Origin: Callorhinchus milii
Taxonomy: Eukaryota
Length of the DNA: 64,000 nucleotides
Direction: 5' to 3'
NCBI RefSeq assembly: GCF_018977255.1
Contig: NW_024704755.1
Span: 620,001-684,000, forward strand
Notes under the pieces: model-generated
What the model was told of the DNA's origin: nothing
What the model saw: only the letters and a program-made list of their open reading frames with translations
Database searches by the model: none
Shown here: positions 17,175 through 29,800 of the stretch, piece after piece
Layout: each line of letters begins with the position of its first letter
How positions within the stretch are numbered: position 1 is the first letter of the stretch
Program-made: the position numbers and the translations under genes

Positions 17175-17430
17175 NNNNNNNNNNNNNNNNNNNNNNNNNN
17201 NNNNNNNNNNNNNNNNNNNNNNNNNNNNNNNNNNNNNNNNNNNNNNNNNNNNNNNNNNNNNNNNNNNNNNNNNNNNNNNNNNNNNNNNNNNNNNNNNNNN
17301 NNNNNNNNNNNNNNNNNNNNNNNNNNNNNNNNNNNNNNNNNNNNNNNNNNNNNNNNNNNNNNNNNNNNNNNNNNNNNNNNNNNNNNNNNNNNNNNNNNNN
17401 NNNNNNNNNNNNNNNNNNNNNNNNNNNNNN
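17175..17430. other. Assembly gap (N run)
   Basis: Run of n. Confidence 1.
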
Positions 17431-18238
17431 AATAACAGAATTACATTTGTAAAGGGCCTTTCGCGTCGGGAGGACGTCCGAAGGTGTTGAACAGTCCATT
17501 TCCTTCACACGGGAATTAGGACCTGAGGGTTGGGATGAGGGAGTAGGAGGGCCTTGAAGGGGGCCAGGAGGGAGCGAGGCGAAGGGATTGTGGGATGGAG
17601 TTCCAAAGGATGGGGTCTGAGAGGCTGAAAGCCCGGCCACTGACGGTGGGGCGAGTCGATACACAGAAAGATACATACATAAACACTCCACATATACACA
17701 AATACACGCGTAACATCTGCCTATTTGGGTGGATGTTAACGATCTTGTGGCACTATTCAAAAGAGAAGGCAGTTACTCTTTCTCTCCTGGTGTACTGGCC
17801 AACAATCCCCCCAAGTAAAAAAAAATTGGTCACTCACTCCATTGGCTGTTTGTGGAACACAAACTGGCTGCTGAGTTTTCGCTCACAAAATACACAGTCA
17901 ATCCACTTTTAAGTGTATCCTGTTGAGACTTCTCAACAACGTGATATTCCTTGTATTCGCGTATTGAATACAAGGATTATTATTATCATTAGAGATGAAA
18001 CCAACATGGTCAAAAAAGACCACGTGGTTTAAGAAGCTTTGGAGGTGGAGTCCCCACAACTGGTGGAAAACCTTGTTTAAACATTCCGGAGGAGTATTTT
18101 AGATGTTAGATGTTATAAATAGCTGAGTGGTGGGTAAGCAGACACCCCCCCCCATCCCCGAGTCATGTGCTGGCCTCACACTCACTCGCTCACTGCCGAG
18201 GGCTGAGTATTTTAGGCACTGACAGTCACTGTTCTGCC

Positions 18239-18380
18239 TGACGTCAGAGAGTCAGTCCATTATAAATAGTCTTTAGTGGGAAAGTGCGCGGCAACAAATC
18301 CATTCAGATCACAGTCCTCAACAGCAAGTAGCACTGAGCAACAGAACCAGCTATCTGCAATCCCTGCCCGGACAGACAAG
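18239..18380 (+). promoter_or_regulatory. RRAD: RRAD core promoter and non-coding exon 1
   Basis: CRE TGACGTCA at 18239, TATA/MEF2-like TTATAAATAG at 18260, donor AAG|GTGAGT at 18380; the coding exon has an acceptor at 19196, upstream of its ATG. Confidence 0.75.
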
Positions 18381-18627
18381 GTGAGTGAGGAACTAACTGT
18401 GTGTGTGTGTGACTGGTGCGTGTGGAGAGAGCCTCAGCCCCCGGGCACTGATCGTCACAGACAACTGGCAAAGTTACTGACAACCCTGTGAAGCTGAGCC
18501 GCTTTTCTTATTAGTTATAGCCAGGCTCAGCCTAAATTGATTTGCGCGTCTGCTCTGTTTAGTGGTTAATACTTTCAGCATCATTCCTGTGAGAGTGAAT
18601 TGCGGGAATTGAGAAGCCCTTCACAGG

Positions 18628-18970
18628 ACCCTGTATTGTGAAGGTTAGAGCACTCACCTCACGGGCAAGATGACCTGGGTTCAATTCACGGCACGGAAAA
18701 ATAGTTTCCTTACTCCACACGCCTCTGTTCAGCTAGCAGTAAGTAGGAACTCGGTTGTTAGTCGATTGGCGGATCGCATTCCGGTGGTAATAATGCCTTA
18801 AAAAAACATTTGGTCACTCAATCCACGACTGTGTGTGGGACACTGCTATGCGCAATTGGCTGTCGCGTTTCGCCCACAAAATACACAAGTCAATTCACTT
18901 TACAGTATTTTCGCTTTGAGACATCTCAACAATGTAAAAAGGTGCTATATCAAATGCAAGGATTATTACA
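18628..18970 (+). mobile_element. tRNA-derived SINE with LINE2-like tail, near full length
   Basis: Box A/B-like head (GGTTAGAGC..GGTTCAATTC), shared body (GTGGGACACTGCT..CAATTGGCTG) and tail ATCAAATGCAAGGATTATTA; many copies in the window. Confidence 0.85.
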
Positions 18971-19209
18971 TGATATATAAGATTCCTTTCCCCCATCTCC
19001 CCTTTCATTAATTATATAATAATAATCCTTCCATTTGATATAGCGCTTTTCATGTCTTCTGGATGATTCAAAGCTCTTCACAGAATATACTGTGAAGTGA
19101 ATTGACTGTATATTTGTGTGCGAAACGCTAATTCCTCCTGTGGTTTGTGCTTCCCTGGCTCCTGACTTTTCTCTGCGGAAATGTTTCTCGTTGCAGGTTT
19201 GGGGGTGAG

Positions 19210-21124
19210 ATGACACTGAACAAAACGGACAAGCTGAGGAGCCTGGAGCGGAGGCGAGGCAGTATGCCGGTGCCCCAGTATCAGGCTGTGCACCGATGCA
19301 GCATGCCCCTGGCCGATCGGGAGTTGAGTGCGGCCATACCCGCCCTGCAGCAGGGCAGCCTGGTACGTTGCACCTCCTACAGCCCCGGACACCCCCAGCG
19401 AGAGAGCTGGACCTCCGGCTCCTCCGACTCTGTCATCTCCAGCGGCAGCGACATGGACACCTGCGTCCACAAGGTGGTGCTACTGGGCGGGCACAGGGTG
19501 GGCAGGTCCAGTCTGGCCCACATCTTCGGGGGTGTGGAGGACAGTGAGCCCCATGAGGCCGGGGAAAGAGGTGAGACCACAGAGAACTCTGTAGATACAC
19601 ATGGTGCACAATATACATGGGATGTAGTTTACATGTCGTTTACACATGATGTATAATAATAGACCCCATTGAGGACCTGAATGATTGGGAACAAAAAACA
19701 AACAATGCTGCATAAATATTTCCGCTCACATCACAGGGCCGGGTTGTTCAGTTTCGAAGCTGAGATTGTCGGGTGGGTTGGACAGGGAGAGATGGTGACG
19801 TAATGTGTTAAGCGCTTCTAGTCGTTACCCTGCGTGACGGGCTCTATAAACGCGCAAGTTGTTGTGTGAAATGAGCCACTCACGGGCTCAGCTCTCGCAC
19901 CACCCCGGGAGAGTGTCACAGTGTGTGACATGCACAGGACCCTCTCCTGACCACAGCCCCTCTAGCCTGACTGCCCAATAACATGGGTTCACTTGTGCCC
20001 AATCTTCTTACCTGCAGAGAACACGTATGACAGAACAATCTTGGTTGATGACGAGGAGGCGAATCTCATTGTGTTTGACATCTGGCAGCAGGTAACTATG
20101 TGCCCCCCACCTCCCCACTGCAGCTCTCTGCTCTTCATTATCCCTGCGCCCTTGCCTTCTCTCTCTCTCTCTCTTTGATCTTGTGAGTGGGTCAGTTCAG
20201 GAACTCCAGTAATCAGATTTTTCTTGCTGTTGCCCAGGATGAGAGTAGTCGGCTACAGGAACACTGCATGAAGCTGGGAGACGCCTACCTCATCGTCTAC
20301 TCGGTGACGGACCGAGCGAGCTTTGACAAAGCCTCAGAGCTCCGCATCCAGCTGCGGAGAGCCAGGCAGGCCGAGGACATCCCCATCATCCTGGTTGGGA
20401 ACAAGACGGACTTGGTGCGCTCCCGAGAGGTCTCCGTGGACGGTGAGTCACTGGATGGGGTGGGGACAAACACCAGGAAGTATTTCTTCACACTGAGCAG
20501 GGTTAATGGTCGGACAGGCAACCAGGAAGGTTTTTTTTGCAGTTCTTCAGCTTCAAATTTAAGACTGAATTGAAAGAGTTTTCCATAATTCTGCACCAAC
20601 TTAAACTTTACGATAAAATGGTGTGACAGACCCAGTCACACCCCTGCACAACCCCACTTGAGTCTGTAAAATAGCATGAATCATTGGTTTGTTCTGGTGC
20701 TTTGTTGAAACCTCTAGAGCGCTGTGTTCTTCTCTCTCTCTATTTCTCTCTGACTTGTTCTTTCTCTCTCTTTTCCCTCTCAGTCTACATTGTTCTCTGT
20801 ATATCTCTCCTAAGTTGTTCTCCTCTCTCCTTCTGTCTGACCACAGAGGGCCGTGCCTGTGCTGTGGTGTTTGACTGTAAGTTTATTGAGACCTCGGCTG
20901 CTCTCCACCACAATGTGACCGACCTGTTTGAGGGCATCGTCCGACAGATCAGGCTGCGCACAGACAGCAAGGAGGACAACCTGCGGCGCCTGGCCTGCAC
21001 CAAGCGACGGCAGAGTCTTGGGCAGAAAGCCAAGCGCTTCCTGGGCAAACTGGCAGCCAAAAACAACAAGAAGATGGCCTTCAAGCAGAAATCCAAGTCC
21101 TGCCACGACCTGTCCGTCCTGTGA
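19210..21124 (+). CDS. RRAD: RGK-family GTP-binding protein RAD, 305 aa
   Basis: Coding exons 19210-19570, 20018-20091, 20238-20442 and 20847-21124. Protein includes MTLNK..RRRGSMP, SDSVISSGSD, NKTDLVRSREV, ETSAALHHNV and C-terminal KSKSCHDLSVL. Synteny fits. Confidence 0.96.
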
Positions 21125-21965
21125 AGCAAGATAGATAACAGAGTTGTCGTGATATCCCCCTCCCGCGTGTGTGATTTTAACAGAAACAAAGGTCTGGGGT
21201 CCAGATTGAGTCTGGGTTTCAGAACGGTGAGTGTGAAGCAGATTTAGACAGTCTGTCTGTACGGGCAGTGATGAACGAAAACTGTTACCAACCTCTGCCT
21301 TTCCTTAAAAACTCCCATGTTACAGCACAGGGTTTTAGATCTCGGGGTGAGGCACAGAGAGAAGGGCGATCACTTTGTTCTTCACTTGACTGGCCCTTTA
21401 AGAAGTTATAAAACCTGGTGACTTGCCTCAGGCTGTGTGCGACACTTGCGTTGTGTGTGTGTGTGAGTGTGTGTATGGTACACAGGCTCATATGCTCCGT
21501 GTACAGGATGTGAACAAAGTCCTATTACCCTCATGTTGTTTTCCGTACAGTCACTGACCAACAACCGAAACGTGGAAGAATGATGATCATTGTATTTAGA
21601 AGTACTCAATCGTACTTATAAATACTTAACTGTATTTAGACGTCCAGAGGATGGGTGTGAGTGTGTGTATGTGAGTGCCATAATTTTCATGACAGATAAT
21701 GATCTGTCGCCATGTTCGGTACCACATCTTCTGTAAGCTGGATGGAGTGAGGAGATGATATGCAGCTGTTTCAGCTCTTCCAGAGTCTCAGATAATAAAA
21801 ATGTATTGTTAGGGGGAAAAATAGTAACAGGATTTTGTGGATACCCTGTACCGGTGTAGCGATGACACAGCACCTGAGGAGCGTCCCACTCGCTCGCTTC
21901 ACTCGCACTTCGGTTTTGCTATTGTACAGATCATTTCTTACCTGTTTACATTTTTTTTGTATTTG

Positions 21966-21971
21966 AATAAA
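21966..21971 (+). terminator. Probable RRAD polyadenylation signal
   Basis: AATAAA about 840 nt after the stop, followed by a GU/U-rich tract. Confidence 0.6.
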
Positions 21972-22204
21972 ACTTTTATTGATCTCTAGCCTTGTTCTGT
22001 GTGATTTTCTGTCTTTGTTTCCTGAGTAAACGCTTCACTTTAGGATCAATACAAACACTGATCCTGACCGGCAAAACAACGCTGAGTCTTTGTGAGGTTC
22101 CTCTGGCTCCCTCACATCGTCAGGCTCAGTCTCTCCTTGGGCCCAGTGACCTATCTCACTGACTCTGTCCATCTATCTGTCTCACTATCTATTTATTTTC
22201 CATC

Positions 22205-22545
22205 GTCACTTTCTTACGATTAAAACTTCACCAACCTGTCTGCTCTCTCTGGCCTGCTCCCCCTGCCCTGCCTGCTCCACCATTGGCAATTTAGCTTTCA
22301 GCCTTTCTGTCCCCACCCTCTGGAACTCATTCCAGATCCCCTCTGCCTGGCCCCCTTCCTTTCCTTCTGCAAGGACCGTCGCAAGACCTTCCTTTTTGAC
22401 CCTGCCCATCTTCCCTCCTCCACTCCTTGCTCTCCACCCCTCTCTGATCCCAAAGCCCAGCACAGGTCCAAACCCTTCATTATCCAGCGCCTTGGGACGT
22501 CTTCCCGGCATGAAAGGTAATATATCAATGCAATTTGTTGTTGTT
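22205..22545 (+). mobile_element. LINE2-type 3' fragment
   Basis: GCTTTCAGC..CCCACCCTCTGGAACTC..TTTGACC body and AGCGCCTTGGGACGTC..(GTT)n tail; related copies at ~17431-17660 (-) and 44765-45250 (-). Confidence 0.65.
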
Positions 22546-22737
22546 TCTTACTTCATTGCTCCATATTGCGCTATTTCCATCTGTATCTCCTTATTTTTTG
22601 TTTCTGTCTCGTCCCTGCTCTATTTCTCTCTCTCCCTCTCTCTCTGTATTTTTTGCCATTGGATACAATGAAATGAGGCTCTGGAGCAGATGACTGGAAT
22701 GTGGATGATTTAGGATTTGGCTGGTTTTAAACCAAAA

Positions 22738-22830
22738 GTCAATGATTAACTCGGGAACAATTTATTAGCTGCTTTCTCTCAGCCTGAGTTAACTGTTCAG
22801 CAGCTCAGTTTTGTCTCTGGTGCATCACAG
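22738..22830 (+). promoter_or_regulatory. CDH16: Putative CDH16 promoter (HNF1 site) and short non-coding exon 1
   Basis: GTCAATGATTAAC (1 mismatch to the HNF1 consensus GTTAATNATTAAC), an AT-rich box at ~22759 and a strong donor CAG|GTAAGA at 22830; the first coding exon has an acceptor at 23851. Confidence 0.6.
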
Positions 22831-23862
22831 GTAAGAGGTCTCGAGGGCATCTCCAGCTCCGTGTGGCTCTGAGTTAAGTGTAAACTCCTCAAGAGAGAGA
22901 AACTAAACCGAAGTTTTAATAGTTGAGAGCGGGGAGTTGGTGCAATGGAACATGTCAGAAACTCTCTGTTGTAACACAATTATGTTCAACAAGAGGGACC
23001 TGATCCCAACCCCCAGCTCGGGCAAATCCTTGACCGTTCAGTGCCTCGGTACGTCTTCCCGACGTGAAAGGCATTGTGTAAATGCAAGTTGTTGAGTTTC
23101 TGACTCCTCATTATGGGTTTTCTCTTTGGAACTTAAAGGTTAGTGACATTCACGTCTCATCAGCACAGGTTAATGTTTATATTCTAATATTTGATGATCT
23201 CTATCAGCAACAGAATGTCGGAATCGAGCCAGCTCTCTGTGGTGGTCTCTCAGCCGGTTCCTGAGCCAGGCAGGTCCACTGTATTTCAGGGCACTGCTGA
23301 TGACAGCACTGGCTCATCGGCAGGACCTGGAAGAGCGGACCAGTCACTTGGGGCAGGAAATCCTCCCACTCAGCTCCTGTTAGCCCTGCAGCCAAAGCCT
23401 TAACGGGTAGGGTTGTCCTAACTGTACGAGCAACGGGAAAGCTTTCCAGACAGTTGATGATCTCTATTTGAATGGGATTGTGTAACTGGAGTATTACACT
23501 GAGTTACACAGCGTGTTGTAACAACACTAGAGTCTGGGAGGGGAGTGGAGAGGGGGGTTTGGGCACTGGGGAGTGGGAGGCGTTGCCTCCAGTGGCTCGA
23601 TGGCTTTTTGAACAAACAAAGAACTTGTTAAAAAGTGGAAATAACGCGCGTGCTCTGGGTGCAGAGTCATTGGAGCAAAGACGATCACTTCAAAGGTGAA
23701 CATAAATGTAAAATATGTGAGCTGCCAGGCGTCAGTGCCAGAGTGCGAGTACCGTGTTAAGCTCGGTTTAATGATTGGCTCAGGTGGAGGTTTGCTCCTG
23801 TTCCTGGCTTGGAGTTGACTGATGCTCATTTGTTTGATTTCCTCTCCACAGACCCTGAGGCT

Positions 23863-26800
23863 ATGTTCAGCATCCGCTCCATGCACATCAGCCACTGCCC
23901 TCAGGTGGGTAACTCCAGCCCACTTACTTGCTCACTCACACTCGGCTCTCACACTTGCGCAGTTGTTGTATTCACCCTCTCACACACTCTCTCGCACTCT
24001 CATTGACAGACATTCACATTGATTGACTTCCACACTCAGGCGCACTCACATTGTGTTAATGCAGAGTTTTATACAACAGGTGTTGCTGTTGGTGCTGGTG
24101 GCTGGGGGCCCCTGTCTGCACGCTGCCAGAGAAGTGTTGGTGTCTGAGAACTACGTGGGGACCTTCCCCTATTACCTGACTCGGGTAAACATCCACTATT
24201 GTTAATAGTTCAGTCGTTAAATGGACCAACTGCTGGGGAATGTAGAAGGAAACTACAACACTCTCGATCTCTGTCTCAATCTCTGTCTCATCCCAGATCT
24301 CTGTCTCTCTTTGGATCTCTTTCTCTGCCTCATTCCTCTGTCATTCCCGTGAGTAAATATTGTTGTTGAGTTTCAGATTGGCACAGGTGTTGCTGGTACG
24401 GTCAGGCTGGATCTGGTCAGAGATTATGACGGGTTGTTTGGAATCGAAGCCCCTGGGCTGCTGTTCGCAACGATGTCTTTTGATCGAGAAACTCAGGATC
24501 TATACGAGCTGAAGGTAAAGAAATGGAGAGTCTCAGGTAACACAGCAATGTGAGCAGGGCTGGAGAATCCATAATCACAGACAATTTAGCACAACAGAAG
24601 ACCATTTCAGTTCATTCTGTATTACACTGTGATCCTGTAGTGTAGTGGTTAGAGTACTAACCTCGTAAGTGAGCGGACTCAGGTTTGATTCCCAGGCATG
24701 GCAAAATCACATACATGATTTACTCCACACAAGTCTGTTTACCTAGCAGTAAGTAGGAACTTGGGTGTTAGTTGAAAGGTGGATTGCATTTCTAGGGGAA
24801 ATAATACATTAAAAAAATGTTGGTCACTCAGTCCACAACTGTTTGTGGGACACTGCTGTGCGGAATTGGCTGCTGCGTTTCGTCCACAAAATACACAGTC
24901 ACTACACTTTACAGTATATCCTGTGAAGCGCTTTGAGACGTCTCAACGACATGATAAGGAGCTATATCAAATGCAATGATTATTATTATTATCATCCCGT
25001 TTTCTGTTTCACGATCCTGTCTTCAGTGATCCAATATTCTGGTTTGTGATCCATGCTCACCCGTTCCGGGACTTGCCGTGGCATCAGTAACCGGTCTCTC
25101 TCGCTCTCTCTGGCACCAGGTAAACGTGACGGATGCGATGGGGGAGGAGCTGGCGCCACTCATTTCCATCGACATCCGCATCCTCGATCAAAACGACAAT
25201 GCCCCGCGCTTCCCCGGCCGAGTTACTCGGCCAGTGTCCACCAGGGAGCAAAGCCAGGTCAGTCACTCCAGCAACACAACCGGATAACCTGCCCGTTACT
25301 AGTTATAACCAGGGAATTAACTCATCAACCATCCCATTTCCAAGTCAGTAACGAGCGCTGTGCCAGGGGTTATGGGGGGAAACATAAAGTGAAAGTCTCT
25401 CTGGGTTTTCACTGCAACGTCACTCAAGTGAGATGGTGGCAGCAAAGGGTTAATCACAGCGTTAAGCTTGGTGTAAAGTGTGGCGTTATAGCCGCTTGTG
25501 AGTGGTTTATTACACAATTACCCGGCAGTGTGTGCTGTCTGGGGCTGTGTGCATAGGCACAGACCTGCTGCTTTTACAGATTCTCGTTAAACCTCAGTCA
25601 CTCACATCCTGTGGCTGATATCGCTCCTTCCACTCCCCACCCCCAACGCACTCCCCATCATGTCTGCTGGTGCTCACTCCCCATGGAGTGGTACTCTAAT
25701 CCCATGAGAAGCAGATTCCAGGGTTTGTGTGCCCCCCCCCCCGGCCCCCCAGACCCCTACCACCCCCCCCAGCTACCTTGGTTCCTTGGCCCCCTTGGTC
25801 CCCTGGCCCCTTGGTCTCCTGGCTTCTCAGTCCCCTGGCCCCCCAGTCCACGGCCCCCCCAGCCCCGGCCTCTTCTGTCACTGGCACCGAGAGCAGCACA
25901 TGGAGGTGGTGAATGTTACATTCCAGCCGGTGTCTCTTATCTGTTGTTTGTCTCTATTTATAGTGAAGGTTCAGCCAGTCGCATTCTCTCCTGGACAATA
26001 GCAAGCGTTCGCACTGCAAGTGGAGAGAGACCTTAACCTTTCCTTCACTGAAGCCAGCTGTCACCTCACAGCCTCTGATCCTAAACCCCAAACACATCCC
26101 AGTGGCTCTCACCATCACATGGCAAACATGGAGCAGTGGGCACAATGGGGAAAGGGAATGGTTAACTCCCGGCTGGAGCTGCCTGCTCCTGTTTGTGTGT
26201 TATTGCCGGCTCCAGCGCCTTTGGGACGCCCTGCATTATTGTTGTTGTTGTTGTGTGTACAGTAGGCACCGGGTAACGGGAATGATTTGCTGTTTGCCCT
26301 CTGGGTGATCTCTGACGCAGTGTGTTGTGTGACAGGTTTTAGCATAGTCTCCGTCACGGCCACGGACCCTGATGACCCCTCTCTGCCCAACGCTGACTTG
26401 CGTTACACCATCTTCACACAGCACCCTGCACCGACCGCAGACCTCATGTTCCAGATCCACAGGATGTCGGGAGTCGTGTCGGTCTCTGAGGAAGGTACCG
26501 GGGCAGACTCACAGTGTCCCCGCCACCGGGAGAGCGCGAGGGGGAAGAGAGAGCGAGGGAGGAAGAGAGGGAAGGGGGGAGACGGAGGGGGAGAGAGCAA
26601 GGAGAGCAAGGGAGAGAGAGGGAGGGGGCGAGGAAGAGGGCAAGAGAGTGAAGCAGAGGTTGAGTGAAGGGCAAGAATAGGGCAAGGGCACATCGCAGTT
26701 TCAGCTTTTATTTGTTTACGGAACACTTTGCCACGAGTTCTTACTAAAGCTCAAACCAGTAAAGATTTTACAACGGGTGAATGAGGAATTAACGAGGAAC

Positions 26801-29800
26801 AATAAAAAAGGATATGGGAGCGAGCACAGCACCGATATGATGGGGAGAGAGAGAGCAGGGAATGGGGTTAGAGTAGAGAGCTCTAATGGGGGAGTGAGCA
26901 CCAGCACAGACACGATGAGTCCATGTGTTCAGACATGTGTGTCTGTGTTTCCATGTTGCCAGGAGCTGTCTCGCTGGATCCCTCCCGAGTTGACGAGTAC
27001 CAGTTGGCTGTTGAAGTGAAAGACATGGGCGACCAGAAACTTGGCCACTTCACACGTGTTAACGTGACCATCCGTGTAACTGAGAACATCTGGCTTCCCC
27101 CACCTGCTGTCACCGTGTCAGAAAACCATGCAGGCCCCTACCCCATGGTCATCTCCAAGGTACGGCCTGGGATTGACTGTATATTTGTGAACGTAACGTA
27201 GCAACCAATACACACAGCAGTGTCCCACAAATAGTCGTGGATTGAATGGAGACATTTTTTTGAGGGATTATTACTCCTGGAAAGCAATCCTGAAACTAAC
27301 AACTGAACTAACAACTGAGTTCCTATTCACTGCTAGGTAAACAGAGGGATGGCAGCAAGGAAACTTGCCTAAGGTTTCGCCCTGCCCAGGAAATGAACCA
27401 GGGACCTCTCACTTGCAAAGCAAGTGCTCTAACCGCTACATTACAGGAGTCATTGAGAGGGTGTGAATATTTATTCACTCTCAGGACCTGCCTGACAATC
27501 TCCAGATTCATTACTCGTTCACCATAAGGTGTGTTTTGCCTGATATAATAAAAGCCGTCACTCCACTCTCCACAATCACTTGTGAGGTGTTTAACGTGAT
27601 GCTGATGCTGCTCTATAAACAATGGAGGATCTCTGACCCAATGAAGGGTGTAATGTGCGGTGTCCTGTCCCAGGTGCAATGGAATGCGGACGGTGCCCGT
27701 TACCACTGGAGCGGCCGCACGGCCAACTGGCAGAGCCATTCAGCATTGGTGACGATGGTAACATTTACCTCATCCGCCCACTGGACCACGAGCAACAAGC
27801 AGAGGTGAGCTCATTGTGCCAGTACACAGGGAATGCTCTCAGTCTCCCTCTCCCTGTCTTTCTCACACTCTCTTTCTCGCTCTCACTTTCTCTTTCACAT
27901 ACTCTCTCAAATACACACACTCTCGCTCTCATGCACTCTCTCTGACATTCTCTTTCTCTCACACAGTACTTGTTGCTGATCAGTGCTGTGGACAAGGCGG
28001 GGATGCTGTATGATGAGCCTCTGGAGCTGACGGTCACAGTCAGTGATGTGAACGACAACGCACCGGCTTGCTTCCCCCACAGTTACCGGGCATTGCTGAG
28101 AGAGACGGCCCCCGAGGGTACGGTGAGAACCCTCCGGAGCCCCTCCCCCCTGCAGCCCCCCTCCCCCACAGCCCTGAGCGTCTGACACGCGTGCCGAGAG
28201 CCACACATGGGCCGGGAGCCACACACGGGCCAAGTCTGTAATACCTCCTCTTGTTTAATGGCTCCAAAATACCGAAAACAATGTCTGACTCTGTGCCGGG
28301 CGCTCACTCCCTGTCACTCCCCAGCTCAGATTCTGTCAGTCGTTCAGTAAGTTTATCCCAGGTGAATGGTGCGTGTAAAGGCCATGTGTAAACAACAACA
28401 ACAAAATTAGATTTGTACAGCGCCTTTCACGTCGGGAGGACGTTCTAAGGCCATGTGTAAAGGCCATGTGTGAGGCCTGAGTAAATGCAGTGTAAACGTG
28501 GTGTGGTTTCAGGCACGGAGCTGGTGACACTGGGAGCTGTGGATGCTGATGATCCCAGCACAGAGAACGCACATCTCTCTTTCCGGCTGGTGAGGCAGAC
28601 ACCACTGGCCCCCGGTGACCCCGTCTTCACTGTGACCCCTAGCGGCCTGGTCACATTGGCCACAGCCGCCCACAACCGCACCGCGGCCCGGTACTCACTG
28701 AACATCACCGTGACTGACCGCGGGGGCGAGGAGGGAGGTAAGGGAGGAGCAGCTCTTCCCCCAGTGGGGATTGTTACACACCAATGTCACGCACACATAC
28801 TCATGATCTCACACTTATACTTCACGCAATTACACGCTCTGACATTCACGTACTGATACTCACTCCTGATTCACAAGGATCAGGGGATTAAATAAGTTGA
28901 GACGTTGGGGAGAGAGGAATATTGGGCAGGATCTGGGAGACTTTCCAACACTTCCCAAGTAGTACTGGGGGCGGGGTGGGGGTGGGTGGTATCTGGGAGG
29001 GAGGGGTTCCCGTGAGGAGCTGGGTGGTGTGTAGTGCAGGGAGAGTTAACCAGGTCACAATGTGTCCTGCCTAGGGCTGTGGGCTGAGTGCCTGGTGACG
29101 GTGGAGGTGGAGGAGGTAAACGATCACGCACCGGCGTTTCCACAACAGCAGGTAAGCATGTTCCCCGCCAGCGACACTGTGTTCCACGCAGGGCAACCCG
29201 CGTGTTCCCCGCCAGCGACACGAGTCTTATTGCCCCTCGAAGTCCGGACCCTCTCCAGCCCGGCCCTGTGTGTCAGCAAACTCTTATTATCTAAATAATG
29301 ATGAAATAATGCGCAACTGATTTAGCTGATAAGCAATCGTTTCCTTTATTATAGTTCCACAGTCAGTGATTATTATGATTTTTCACTTTTTTAAAAATAT
29401 TGTCACTCAATCCACGATGGTTTGTGGGACGCTGCTGTGCGCAATTGGCTGCCACGTTTTGCCCAGTCACTACACTTTACTGTGTATTCTGTGAAGCGCT
29501 TTGACTTTGGCTACCTCTCTCATTGTGAACGCTGACATCTCTCCCCTGTCGAGCAGTACGGCCCTTTCACTGTCCCGAGGACACAGGCCTGGCCTCTCCC
29601 ATAGCCACGCTGAACGCCAGCGACGCTGACCGTCCCGGTACAGACAGCTGGTTCATTACCTACACCTTCCTGTCCGGGAACCACAACCACACATTTCACA
29701 TTCTGCACGACAGAGAGAGTAACACAGGCCGCTTAGTGCTTAACAAGGTATGTGGACCCCTGTCTCTCTGTCACTGTGTGTGTCTCACTGTGTGCATGTG

